Shown here piece by piece: positions 1 to 9,701 of a stretch of 41,236 nt of DNA; within the stretch, counting starts at the first letter, position 1, and each line of letters starts with the position of its first letter. A program made the translations under genes and the position numbers. Source of the stretch: a bacterium (GTDB taxonomy: Bacteria > UBA8248); NCBI GenBank assembly GCA_965213685.1, contig CBDBZY010000025.1, positions 1 to 41,236 on the forward strand, written 5' to 3'. Below the pieces are notes generated by a model. It saw nothing but the letters and a program-made list of their open reading frames with translations, was not told the origin of the DNA and did not search any database.

Positions 1-1663
1 TGATCATCACCTACCTCCTCACCAGGCTGCTGGAGCGCCCGGGAACGGCGCTACACTCCGTCATGCTCGCCGCCCTCCTCATCCTGCTGGTCGAGCCCGG
101 CTTCATCTGGGACGTCGGGTTCCAGCTCTCCTTCGTGGCGGTGAGCGCCATCATCCTCGCGGCGGACAGGCTCCCGCGACCGGAACCTGGCAGCGGAATC
201 TGGAACAAAAAAACGCTGGGGGGCGCGGGCGCGGCAGCTCGCCATCATCCAGCTGGTCGTCACCGCAGCGATCACGCCATTGACCGCGCTGCACTTTCAC
301 CAGGCGCATCCCATCGGCTTGATCGTGAATTTCCTGCTCATCCCGGCCGCCTCCCTCCTCGTCCCCCTCTCCTTCGTGGCGAGTGCGGTCGCCGCCATCG
401 CGCCGGCGGGTTGGGCCTTCCTGCTGACGCCCGCCACATGGCTCACCGGCACCCTCGCGCAATTCATGATCTTCGTATCGGCGCATTCCTCCCAGATTCC
501 GTGGGCCACGCTCATCGTGCCGAGACCCGACGCCTGGCTGGTCGCCTCCATATTCTCCCTGCTCGCCCTCGCCCTGCGCGCGAGGCGCGCCATGTGGCGC
601 AAAGGCGCGTGGGGGGGGCGTGTGCTGCCTGACGCTCGCGCTGCTGCTCCCGCCCCACGCCGCCACGCGACCCGCCCCCCCGGGTCGCACGACGCTGCTT
701 CTGCCCGACTCCGGGAGGGTGGACGCCTTTTTCCTCCGCCTCCCCGACGGCAAGGGACTGGCGGTCGATGGGTCCGGGAGGCGGGGCCGGCGGCTTCAGC
801 ACCTGGCGAAACGTGCTCGCCCCCCTGATGCGCAGGGAAAACGAATGGGACTGGCACACGATGCTCGCCCACTCCCGATACCCGAGGAGTCGGCTGGCCG
901 CGAACGATTTCGCCGCCGCCGGCATGGGCGTCGGAAACCTCCGCCGCACGGCGGACCTGCTCGCCTCCCGCCGGGCGCGTCCGCGCACCGTCTGGCGGAT
1001 GACCGGCGGCGGGACGCGGGTCTCCCTGCGCTCCTGGAAGCGGGGGGCGATGGGCCTGGAGGTGGAAAACCGCCATTCCCGCTGGCTGCTCATGCTGCCC
1101 TCCCCCCCGGCGCCCCCGCGTTCGACGCCCGCCGGTGGTTTTCGGGGAGGGAATACGCGCTCGTGCGCCTGCCGGAGGGTTTGTTGCGAAGGCCGGAGGT
1201 GCTGGACTGGCTCGAATCCCATGCGCCCGCCCTCAAAGTCGTTCTGGCGGCGCCCCAGAGGGCGGGGTGGCTGCGGCCGGACGTCTGGCGGGAAACGAGG
1301 AGGCGGCAAAGAAAGCTGGGAGTCTATCGCCCCTGGCGCGGGGGGATGCTGCGCGTCAGCGCGGGGACGGAGCCGGGCGCCGCGCCCCTCGCCGTCAGAC
1401 GATTCCGCGCGGCCAGGCCCTGGCCCGGCAGCGGCGGGGCGCGCTGGGTCGGGTTCCGCTATCGGCCGGGGCCGGACTCCGCGCGACACGGCGTGAAAAG
1501 GCGGCGGGACGCCGCCCTGCGGCGAGGAGGCGGAATCGACGCCTGGCGCCCCATCGCCCAAGCAAGAACAGGAAAACGACCCGCGTCAGGCGCGCGCGTC
1601 GGACGGCGGCGCGGTGGCGGCGCCCCGCTGGAAGGATTGGACGCTCCGCGCCCATCTCGATGA
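1..1663 (+). pseudogene. comEC: ComEC/Rec2 competence channel, 5'-truncated by the window edge and broken into frames by probable assembly indels
   Basis: The ComEC signature 'DVGFQLSF' and consecutive TM helices ('LIVNFLLIP') continue across ORFs 63-632, 280-828, 620-1663 and 768-1496. Frame switches map to G/C runs at about 218-223, 611-618, 770-772 and 1102-1108. The 3' end is uncertain (TGA at 1496 or 1663). Probably intact in vivo. Confidence 0.8.
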
Positions 1664-3289
1664 GAGCACCTCCCGATCGATCGGACAATCGATGAGGTGA
1701 ACGCCGCCCTCCGCCCGGGAGTCGCGGATGGCGCGCCCCAGCTCCTCCGCAGAGCCCGCGCGATGGCCATGCGCGCCGAACGCGCGCGCCAGGGCGGGGA
1801 AATCCGGATTGTTCAGCGAGGTGGCGATGTAGCGCCCGCCGAACACATGCTTCTGCGAGTGACGCAGCGCGTTGTATTCCCCGTCGTTGAATATGAGGTA
1901 TGTGAGGGACAAGCCGAGCGCCGTCGCCGTCGCCAGCTCGCCGCAGGCCATGGTGAAGCTCCCGTCCCCCACGACCGCGCACACCGGCCTCTCGGGCGCG
2001 CCGAGCCTGGCCCCTATCGCGGCGCCGAGGGCGTAGCCCATCGACTGATAGGCCTCCGAGAGCAGGACGCTTCTGGGGCGGTGGATGACGAAGGCCTGCT
2101 CCATGAGCCAGCTCTGGGTGGCGGAGGAATCCGACACGAAAATCGTATCGGGCGGGAGGCTCTCGCGTAGCGTCTTCATCACGAACAGACCGTGGAACGG
2201 CGGCGCGGCCGGCTTCGTCAAGAACGACCGCAGCCGCTCCTCATACTGGCGCCTGCCCGCGCGCACGCGAACGTGGCCCTCTGTGGGCGTCGCGTCGTCC
2301 GCCTCGGAGATGCGCTGCAATATGCCCCCCAGTGCGGGCTTCAAGTCGCTCACCAGCCCCATCGACGCGGGATAGTTTCGCCCGATGCGCTCGGGGTCGA
2401 TGTCGATCTGCACCAGGTTCGCCGCCATCGGCATCTTGAAATAGAAGGTGGAGAACTGCCCGAAGCCCGTGCCGAGGGCCAGGCAGAGGTCCGCCTCCTC
2501 CAGCATCTCCTCGCAGCCGACGAAGTGGGCCAGGCCGAAGGCGAGCGGGTCCGCCTCCGAGAGAATCCCCCGTCCCTTCACGGAGGTGACGACGGGCGCG
2601 CCCAGCCGCGAGGCGAGGAGCTGCACCTCCCGCTCGCAGCCGGCGCTCACGACGCCGCCGCCCGCATACATCACGGGCCGCCTAGCGGCGAGCAACCGCT
2701 CGGCTATCTCGTCGAGTGCGCGCGCATCCACGGGGGGCGCGGGCGCGGGCTCCTCGAATTCGGGCGCCAGGAGCACCCGCTCCTCGGGAGCCTGAAACAG
2801 GTTCGCCTTCATCACCACCTGTACCGGTCCGGGCCTCCCCGCCGCCGCCCACCGAAACGCGGCGTCCACGGCGGGCGCGACCTCCGCGACGGAATCGGGC
2901 GTGAACGCCTTTTTCACGCATCCGGCCAGCGCCTTCTCCATGTCCACGTCGTGGATGGCGCTCCTGTTCCGCATGGCGTCGGCGAGCGTGGCCGTCACCG
3001 CGACGAGGGGGACGCTGTCCTCGTAGGCGGAGCGCAACGCCGTGGCGAGGTTCGTGCCGCCGGGGCCCGGCACGGTGAACGCCACGCCCGGTTTGCCGGA
3101 AACCTTGGCGTAGGCGTCGGCCGCGAAGCCGGCGCCCTGCTCGTGGCGCGTGACGATGGGCACAGCGCCCGCCCTGTCGATCATCGCGTCGTAGAAGGGC
3201 AGCGTCAGCGTCCCCGGAATGCCAAAAATGTATTCCGCGCCGTTCGCCTCCAGTGCGTCCAGCAACACCTGCGATCCGTTTCGCGCCAT
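1586..3289 (-). CDS. Thiamine pyrophosphate-dependent enzyme, acetolactate synthase large-subunit-like
   Basis: N-terminal 'IFGIPG', catalytic 'RHEQGAGFAA', 'PGPGGTN' and TPP motif 'GDGSF...N'; 567 aa; no small subunit gene adjacent. Confidence 0.9.
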   Translation of the reverse strand: MARNGSQVLLDALEANGAEYIFGIPGTLTLPFYDAMIDRAGAVPIVTRHEQGAGFAADAYAKVSGKPGVAFTVPGPGGTNLATALRSAYEDSVPLVAVTATLADAMRNRSAIHDVDMEKALAGCVKKAFTPDSVAEVAPAVDAAFRWAAAGRPGPVQVVMKANLFQAPEERVLLAPEFEEPAPAPPVDARALDEIAERLLAARRPVMYAGGGVVSAGCEREVQLLASRLGAPVVTSVKGRGILSEADPLAFGLAHFVGCEEMLEEADLCLALGTGFGQFSTFYFKMPMAANLVQIDIDPERIGRNYPASMGLVSDLKPALGGILQRISEADDATPTEGHVRVRAGRRQYEERLRSFLTKPAAPPFHGLFVMKTLRESLPPDTIFVSDSSATQSWLMEQAFVIHRPRSVLLSEAYQSMGYALGAAIGARLGAPERPVCAVVGDGSFTMACGELATATALGLSLTYLIFNDGEYNALRHSQKHVFGGRYIATSLNNPDFPALARAFGAHGHRAGSAEELGRAIRDSRAEGGVHLIDCPIDREVLSSRWARSVQSFQRGAATAPPSDARA

Positions 3290-3535
3290 CGAAGAAGACT
3301 CTCCCGGAACCTCTCCCCTCCCGAAATCCCGAAACCTTCCGGCTCCTCCCAGCCCCTCCCCAAAACCCCGCCAACGCTAGGCGGCATCCGCGCGCGTGTC
3401 AACCATCGTTTGCGCGCGGGGAGGCGGATGGGCTACTTTCCCCCGGGGTTTGATTCGCGCGCGCCGTGAGGGGCGGCGCCCGTGGTTCCGGCACATCCCG
3501 GTGCGGCCGGAGTGTGCGGGCGGGATGGAGAACCC

Positions 3536-4291
3536 ATGTTCAGCAGGCGGGCGATAGACGCGCTCAGGTGCGCGGAGTCCGTGGTCGTCCTGACGGGAGC
3601 GGGCGTGAGCGCGGAGAGCGGCGTGCCCACGTTTCGGGGCGCGGGCGGCCTCTGGCGCGCGCGCAGCGCAACGTCTCTGGCCACGCCCGAGGCGTTTCGG
3701 GCGAATCCCCGGCTCGTCTGGGAATTCTACAACCACCGCCGCGAGACGCTCGCCTCCCTCTCGCCCAATCCGGGGCACTACGCCATCGCGTCGATGGAGG
3801 AGCGCTGCCCGCGCTTCACCCTCCTCACGCAAAACATCGACAACCTCCACCGCGTCGCCGGCGCGCGCGAAATCGTGGAGCTGCACGGCAACATATGGCG
3901 CGTTCGCTGCACGAACCCGGGCTGCGGGCGCGCGGGCCTCTCATGGGAGAACCGACAGGTTCCCCTCGACCCCATGCCGCCCCGCTGCGCGGCGTGCGGC
4001 GCCCTCCTCCGCCCCCACGTGGTGTGGTTCGGCGAGACGCTCGGCGCCGAGGAGTTGCGCCGGGCGATGGTTGCGGTGGATGATTGCGACTATCTGATCG
4101 TGGCGGGCACGTCCGCCCTCGTGCAGCCGGCCGCGTCCATGCCGCTGATGGCGGCGCGCGGCGGCGCGTTCACGCTCGAGGTGAACCTCGAGGCGACGGA
4201 CATCAGCCCCCACATGAGCGAGACGGTCGAAGCGCCCTCGGGCGCCGCCCTTCCCCGTCTGCTCGAAGCGGCCTTTTTTGTTGGAGGATAG
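3536..4291 (+). CDS. cobB: NAD-dependent protein deacylase (Sir2/CobB, class III)
   Basis: '[15 protein letters not shown]', 'TQNIDNLH', 'ELHG', two Cys pairs, 'RPHVVWFGE', 'GTS..VQPA'. The YxxR motif (FYNHRR) is typical of desuccinylases. GGAG RBS before ATG 3536. Confidence 0.93.
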   Translation: MFSRRAIDALRCAESVVVLTGAGVSAESGVPTFRGAGGLWRARSATSLATPEAFRANPRLVWEFYNHRRETLASLSPNPGHYAIASMEERCPRFTLLTQNIDNLHRVAGAREIVELHGNIWRVRCTNPGCGRAGLSWENRQVPLDPMPPRCAACGALLRPHVVWFGETLGAEELRRAMVAVDDCDYLIVAGTSALVQPAASMPLMAARGGAFTLEVNLEATDISPHMSETVEAPSGAALPRLLEAAFFVGG

Positions 4292-4293
4292 CG

Positions 4294-5550
4294 ATGGCGC
4301 GGCCCAGGATTACGGCGGTACGAGGCGCGCGAGACATACTGCCGGAGGAATCGCCCCGCTGGCGAGGAGCCGAGCGCATGGCGCGCGACGTCTTCGCGCG
4401 CTACGGCTACGGGGAGATTCGGGTGCCCGTGTTCGAGCGCACCGAACTCTTCTCGCGCGGCATCGGCGAGGAGACCGACATCGTCTCCAAGGAGATGTAC
4501 ACTTTCGCGGACAAGGGGGGCGACTCCCTCACCCTGCGCCCCGAGGCCACCGCCTCGATCTGCCGCGCCTACGTGCAAAACGGCCTCCACAACCGCCCGG
4601 GCGTCTCGAAGCTCTTCTGCATCGGCCCCATGTTCCGCTACGAGCGCCCCCAGGCGGGGCGCCTGCGGCAGTTTCACCAAATCGACGCCGAGGCGTTCGG
4701 CACCGAGGATCCGGCGAGCGACGCCGAAGTCATCGTGATGCTGATGGAGTTTCTGGGCGCCATGGGGATCGGGGGACTGCGGCTTCAGATCAACAACCTC
4801 GGCGACAGGGAGTGCCGCCCGGCCTATTCCGCCGCCCTCCGGGAGTATCTGCGAGCGGAAACGAAGGGGCTCGGGGCGGAAGTCGCAGCGCGAATCGAGC
4901 GCAACCCCCTGCGCTTTCTGGACAGCAAGGACCCGCGCCACCAGGAGATCATCGCGCGCGCGCCGAGGATAGACGAATTCTGGAACGACTCGTGCCGCGC
5001 CCACCTCGCCGGCGTGTGCGGGCTTCTGGAGGGGGCGGGCGTGGCGTATGAGACGAACCCGAGGCTCGTGCGCGGCCTCGACTATTACTGCCTCACCGTC
5101 TTCGAGGTGATGAGCGAGAGCCTCGGGGCGCAAAACGCGGTGTGCGGCGGGGGGCGCTATGACGGCCTCGTGGAGGAGCTGGGCGGCCCCCCCACTCCAG
5201 CCATCGGGTTCGCCATCGGCATGGAGCGCCTCCTCCAGCTGGCCGGCGAGAACGGGCCCGCCGCGCGGGAAGAGGTGGAGGCCTACATCGTCGCCCTCGG
5301 CGAGGCGGCCCGGACGGAGGCCTTCGCCCTCGCCTCCGGGCTGCGCGCGCGCGGCATCCGCACGGAGCGCTCTTTCGGCGGGGGCAGCATGAAAAGCCAG
5401 ATGAAGCGCGCCGACCGCTCGGGCGCGAAATTCGTGCTCCTGCTCGGCGACGACGAGGTGGCCAAGGGGGTGGTGAGCGTTCGCCACATGGCGGAGAGCC
5501 GGCAAACGGAAGTGCGGCGGGAAGAGGTGCCGGATTTCATACAGGGATAG
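4294..5550 (+). CDS. hisS: Histidine--tRNA ligase
   Basis: 'LRPEATA', 'FRYERPQAGRLRQFHQ', 'LVRGLDYY', 'GGGRYDGL', 'GFAIGMERL'; GGAGG RBS upstream of ATG 4294. Confidence 0.98.
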   Translation: MARPRITAVRGARDILPEESPRWRGAERMARDVFARYGYGEIRVPVFERTELFSRGIGEETDIVSKEMYTFADKGGDSLTLRPEATASICRAYVQNGLHNRPGVSKLFCIGPMFRYERPQAGRLRQFHQIDAEAFGTEDPASDAEVIVMLMEFLGAMGIGGLRLQINNLGDRECRPAYSAALREYLRAETKGLGAEVAARIERNPLRFLDSKDPRHQEIIARAPRIDEFWNDSCRAHLAGVCGLLEGAGVAYETNPRLVRGLDYYCLTVFEVMSESLGAQNAVCGGGRYDGLVEELGGPPTPAIGFAIGMERLLQLAGENGPAAREEVEAYIVALGEAARTEAFALASGLRARGIRTERSFGGGSMKSQMKRADRSGAKFVLLLGDDEVAKGVVSVRHMAESRQTEVRREEVPDFIQG

Positions 5551-5624
5551 TTTTCCGTTCTATAACAAACAATTATCCGCATATTATTAAAGCATATTCT
5601 ACTGCCGCACGAACATGTTCCGCA

Positions 5625-6533
5625 TCAAGGGCAAAGCCATTCATACACCGAGATAACCCCCTGCTCGGCAAACCCCAGCTTTTGATAAAACGCGCGCACC
5701 GCGTCATCGTCGGCGGAGACGATGAGCTCCACCGCTTCGGCTCCGCACGCCAGTCCCCTCCGGGCGGACGCCTGCATCAGCGCGCGACCCAGCCCCTTTC
5801 TTCGGTGCGCCGGCACGACGCCGATATCGGGAATGTAGGCGGACTTGTCGCCCGAGGCCAATCGCCCCGGGTCGACGGCCAAGATGGACATCCCCGCCCC
5901 CTCGGGTTCGCGCGACCCATCGCCCGAGAACTCGAGGATGAGCGAATTCTCCGGCTTCGTGTCCGGCGCGTCGTACCAGGCGGTGATCGTCTCCGGGGTG
6001 TGTCGCGTGAAATTCCACATCTTCCCGAAAATCCCGTTGAACAGGTCGGCGAGGCGTCCCGCGTCGTCCGGCAGGACAGCCGCGCGGATTTCGTAGCCCG
6101 TCGGCAGGCGCGGCGGCGTCCATTCCGCAGGCGCGTCGTGCTTCAGAAAGCGCAGATCATGAATCTTTCGCCCGCCGCTCAAATGCACGAAGCGCCCCGG
6201 AAGCGAGACGGGCAGATACGCCCAGATGCCGCCCAGCCCGTTTTCCCGCGCCTCCTCCAGGGCTGCTTCTATGAGGCGCCGGGCGTAGCCCGCGCGTCTG
6301 CTCTCGGGGCGAACGAACAGGCCGTCGACGCACGCGCGGCCTCGCGCTCCCGTCTCCCGGTTCACCACCATCCGGCAATAGCCCGCCGGCTCGCCCCCCT
6401 CCTCCGGCCATACCAGCCAGACCCTTGCGCCGGGCGGGCCGAAACTGCTGACCGCCTCCTCGCGCGAGAGCCCGAACGCCTCCGCCGACAAGGCGGCCAG
6501 CGCATCGCGGTGCCTAGGCGCAAAGCGCTCCAC
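5625..6533 (-). CDS. Tandem (two-domain) GNAT acetyltransferase, MshD-like architecture
   Basis: Two acetyl-CoA motif A copies ('VRPESRRAGYA', 'VVPAHRRKGLG') and 'AFYQKLGF'. Start set at the GTG directly after the fxsA stop (ORF track gives 6569). Confidence 0.8.
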   Translation of the reverse strand: MERFAPRHRDALAALSAEAFGLSREEAVSSFGPPGARVWLVWPEEGGEPAGYCRMVVNRETGARGRACVDGLFVRPESRRAGYARRLIEAALEEARENGLGGIWAYLPVSLPGRFVHLSGGRKIHDLRFLKHDAPAEWTPPRLPTGYEIRAAVLPDDAGRLADLFNGIFGKMWNFTRHTPETITAWYDAPDTKPENSLILEFSGDGSREPEGAGMSILAVDPGRLASGDKSAYIPDIGVVPAHRRKGLGRALMQASARRGLACGAEAVELIVSADDDAVRAFYQKLGFAEQGVISVYEWLCP

Positions 6534-6534
6534 C

Positions 6535-6927
6535 CTAGCCCCGGTAGACACGCACCCTGCCCTGTTCAATCATTTTCTCGCACTTCTTCATCAGCCATAT
6601 CCGTATCGCGCCCCGCACCGCGGGCACCATCAGGGCGAAGCCGACGGCGTCCGTCAAGAGGCCGGGCGTGAGGAGCATCACGCCGCCCACGAGCACCATC
6701 GCCCCATCGACCATCCCGGCCCCGGGAAGCCTCCCCGCCGCCATTTCCGACTGAATCCGGGACACCACGTAAAACCCCTGGGTCCTGGCCGCCCACGCGC
6801 CCAGCGCGCCGGTGAGGATGACGACCCCGAGCGTCGCTCCCAGGCCGATGGCACCCGCCAGGTCGATCAGGACGATCAGTTCGGCCAGGGGGATCAGCGT
6901 GAACAGTAAAAACAGCTTCCAGACCAA
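6535..6927 (-). CDS. fxsA: FxsA family membrane protein
   Basis: 'LFLLFTLIPLAELIVLI' and 'GGVMLLTPGLLTDAVG' are FxsA hallmarks; TTG start at 6927 with GGAGGAG RBS. Confidence 0.9.
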   Translation of the reverse strand: MVWKLFLLFTLIPLAELIVLIDLAGAIGLGATLGVVILTGALGAWAARTQGFYVVSRIQSEMAAGRLPGAGMVDGAMVLVGGVMLLTPGLLTDAVGFALMVPAVRGAIRIWLMKKCEKMIEQGRVRVYRG

Positions 6928-7259
6928 GGCAGTTCTCCTCCTTGTGATGCGATGGGCGGATTTTATCACGTCTGCGCGTCAAATGAACCAAGCCCTCCCC
7001 CGCCCGGAACAAGAGGGTGAAGCGGGGGAACCGCCGGCATTTCTCCGGGGGCGTCTCCGGATGCCTGTGCGGGCGCATCACGGACGGAAACGCATTCGTA
7101 TGTTCGTATGGCGGCGAAGCCCTCTCGCCGCTTTTCAGGACGCGCGAAAAGCCTTACAGTACAGTCTCTCCGGTGCCTGGAGAGGCGCGTTCCGTCGTTT
7201 TGGCTATCGCATCTGGCCATCGCATGAGAGACCACGTCGACAGATAAAGGGGCTCGGAA

Positions 7260-8321
7260 ATGGCATCCACGATGAAAGCAATGCGACTCCATGAGTTGGG
7301 CGGCGCGTTTCAGCTGGAGGAGGTTCCGGTGCCCCGGCCGGGGCCGAATGACGCGCTCCTCCGCCTGAAGGCCACGGGCGTGGGCCTCACGCTGGTCATC
7401 ATGCGCAACACGCCCGGCCTCGTGGATGCGTATCCCCGGATTCTGGGGCACGAAATCGCCGGCGAGGTCGTCGAGGTGGGCTCCCACGTCACGAACGTGG
7501 CCCCGGGCGACCTCGTGACCTGCCATTTTTATCTCACGTGCCACAACTGCCGGTATTGCCGCAGCGGGCGGGAGACGCTTTGCGAGAATTTCCGGGGATT
7601 TTTCGGCCTCGCCATGGACGGCGGATACGCCGAATACACGACCGTCCCCGGGGTGAACCTCTGCAAGATTCCCGAGGGCGTCGGCCCGCTGGACGCCTGC
7701 GTGGCGGCGGACGCCATCTGCACGCCCTATCACAACTGCGTGGCCGAGGCTCAGATAAAGCCGGGGGACGTGGTGGCCATCGTGGGGGCGGGCGGCGGCG
7801 TGGCGATTCACGCGGTGCAGATGGCCCAGTTGTGCGGCGGCCACGTCATCGGCGTCGACATCTCGGAGAAAAAGCTGGAAGCCGTCTCCGGGCTGGGAGC
7901 CTTCGCCACACTGAACCCCGAGAAGACGGACCCGGCGGAGGAAATCCTGGCCCTGACCGACGGTCGGGGGGTGGACGCCTACATCGACTACGTGGCCTCG
8001 CGCGCGACGCTCGAGGCGGGCCTCGCCAGCCTGGGGCGGGCGGGCAAGCTGGTGATCGTGGGCTACCGGCCGCCGGCGGCCTATCGCGACGCCTCCCCGA
8101 ACTTCACCGTCGACCCGCTCCGCCTGCTCAACAACGCGCAGGAGATTCACGGCTCGCGCTACTGCTCGATGGAGGAGCTCCGCCAATCGCTCGCGCTGGT
8201 GCAGCAGGGGAAGATCCAGCCGATAGTGACCGAAACTTTCGCCCTCGAGGAGACGGAGGCCGCCTTTCAGGCGCTGATCGAGAACCGGGTGACAGGCAGG
8301 GCGGCGGTGGTGTTTGACTAG
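7260..8321 (+). CDS. Zn-dependent alcohol dehydrogenase family (MDR)
   Basis: 'GHEIAG', structural Zn cluster 'CHNCRYC...C' and Rossmann 'GAGGGVA'. The usual catalytic Cys (GxC) reads 'GVG'. Confidence 0.9.
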   Translation: MASTMKAMRLHELGGAFQLEEVPVPRPGPNDALLRLKATGVGLTLVIMRNTPGLVDAYPRILGHEIAGEVVEVGSHVTNVAPGDLVTCHFYLTCHNCRYCRSGRETLCENFRGFFGLAMDGGYAEYTTVPGVNLCKIPEGVGPLDACVAADAICTPYHNCVAEAQIKPGDVVAIVGAGGGVAIHAVQMAQLCGGHVIGVDISEKKLEAVSGLGAFATLNPEKTDPAEEILALTDGRGVDAYIDYVASRATLEAGLASLGRAGKLVIVGYRPPAAYRDASPNFTVDPLRLLNNAQEIHGSRYCSMEELRQSLALVQQGKIQPIVTETFALEETEAAFQALIENRVTGRAAVVFD

Positions 8322-8402
8322 ATTCGTTTTCACGCCCCGGGGCGCGCATCCATCCGTCTTGCTTGCGCGCCTTGCGGCTTCACGCTTTCGGGAGGACGCC
8401 TC

Positions 8403-8879
8403 ATGGTGGAAGCGGTGGACAGGGAGGTGATGGCCAAACAGGAGCGCCGGGTGAAGGCCAGGCGCGTGAGCGGCTGTCAAGTGGAGATGCGGGCGCGAAA
8501 GCACTCTTTTCTCGCCGATGAACCCACGCAGGGCGGCGGCACCGACAAAGGGCCCACGCCGCGCGAACTCGCCCTCGGCGCGCTGGCCGCCTGCATCACG
8601 GTCATCACGGGCAAGGTGGCCGCGGGGCTGGATTTTCACGTCATCGCCCAGGAGGTGGAGGTGCGCGGCACCGCCGACCCCCGGGGGGCGCGGGATGCGG
8701 ACAACGGCGTCAGTCCCAATTTCGACCGCGTGGAGGCGAGCATTCGCCTCACCACGGATGAGTCCGACGCGCGCGTCGAGGAGCTGAAGCGCCAGCATCA
8801 CGGGCGCTGCCCGATTTCCGCCCTCTACCGCGAGAGCGGCTGCGAGCTGGTGGAGGAGTGGATCATCCAGCGGCCATAA
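8403..8879 (+). CDS. OsmC/Ohr family protein
   Basis: 'DEP..GGTDKGPTP.EL.LGALAAC' and second Cys in 'RCPIS'; GGAGG RBS. Confidence 0.9.
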   Translation: MVEAVDREVMAKQERRVKARRVSGCQVEMRARKHSFLADEPTQGGGTDKGPTPRELALGALAACITVITGKVAAGLDFHVIAQEVEVRGTADPRGARDADNGVSPNFDRVEASIRLTTDESDARVEELKRQHHGRCPISALYRESGCELVEEWIIQRP

Positions 8880-9145
8880 TCATCGATAATCATTGACAAT
8901 CGGGACGCGCCGGAACGCGATGGAGGCGGAGGAGAGGAGGAGATCATCCAGCGGCTCATAAAAGTATAAAAGCGCCGGGCGGCGCCCCTTTCCCCTCAGC
9001 GGCCAGGAAGAGGTTTCCTGAGTTTGGCGGGTTTCCCGGGTTTGGCGGGACGCGCGGCGGGGAGAAGAACGACCCTCCCGGTCGACAGCCATCCGGACGC
9101 CGGGGAGGCGCAGACCGCCTCCGGGCGTGGGGAGAGGCGATCTCC

Positions 9146-9589
9146 TCACTCCACCTTCGCCTTCACGTTCCGTGCGAACTCGGCGAAAATCTTGTTCGCC
9201 TGGTTCTTGATGACGCTGAAGCCGAGCGAGCCGAGCTTTCCAAACACCTCAACGTTCGAGTCGATGCGCACCCTCGTCTCGTTATCGGAGACGGCCTCGA
9301 GCGTCACCTCGTTTTTTTGCTTCAGGCTGGCCGCGATTCTCGAGTCCTTCCCCTCGCCGGCGGTGCGGATATACTCGGGGGGGCGCACCTCCTCGATGCG
9401 TATCTGCAGCTGAAAGCGCGCCTTGAGGAAGCTGACCTTCTGCTCGACCTGCACGCCGTAGGTCGCGTCGTCCACCTTCTCGACGCTCCGCACGCCCGGC
9501 ACGCAGGCGGCGAACTCCTCCACCCGCCAGATGAAGTCCCACACCGCATCCCGCGGGGCCGCGACCGTAATTTCCTGGTGAAATTCCAT
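9146..9589 (-). CDS. coxG: CoxG/SRPBCC family protein
   Basis: 'APRDAVWDF', 'AACVPG' and 'FGKLGSLG...A.KIF.EF' match the CoxG pattern; 147 aa. Confidence 0.8.
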   Translation of the reverse strand: MEFHQEITVAAPRDAVWDFIWRVEEFAACVPGVRSVEKVDDATYGVQVEQKVSFLKARFQLQIRIEEVRPPEYIRTAGEGKDSRIAASLKQKNEVTLEAVSDNETRVRIDSNVEVFGKLGSLGFSVIKNQANKIFAEFARNVKAKVE

Positions 9590-9701
9590 TGGGGTGTCCT
9601 TTTATAGCTCTTACGTGACGGGAAATCATGCTCGAACAAGGGTATCATCCTACCAGGAAACGCATTTTTCCTCCACGCCCCTCTCTCCCCCAGGGGTGAC
9701 G

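Noticed and set aside
3536-4291. Sir2 protein as an anti-phage NADase
   Set aside because: It is a standard-length Zn-binding CobB deacylase next to hisS, with no defence partners.
5551-5624. Short AT-rich spacer between hisS and the GNAT gene
   Set aside because: No clear hairpin, repeat or ORF; too short to interpret.
6966-8801. Long antisense and alternative-frame ORFs (also 11309-13426, 13305-15050, 23066-25057, 29518-31443, 32038-33576)
   Set aside because: They shadow well-supported genes, lack recognisable motifs, and are expected in high-GC DNA.
8880-8900. Fur-box-like GATAATCATT
   Set aside because: Only a partial match, and it lies between convergent gene ends with no promoter to control.
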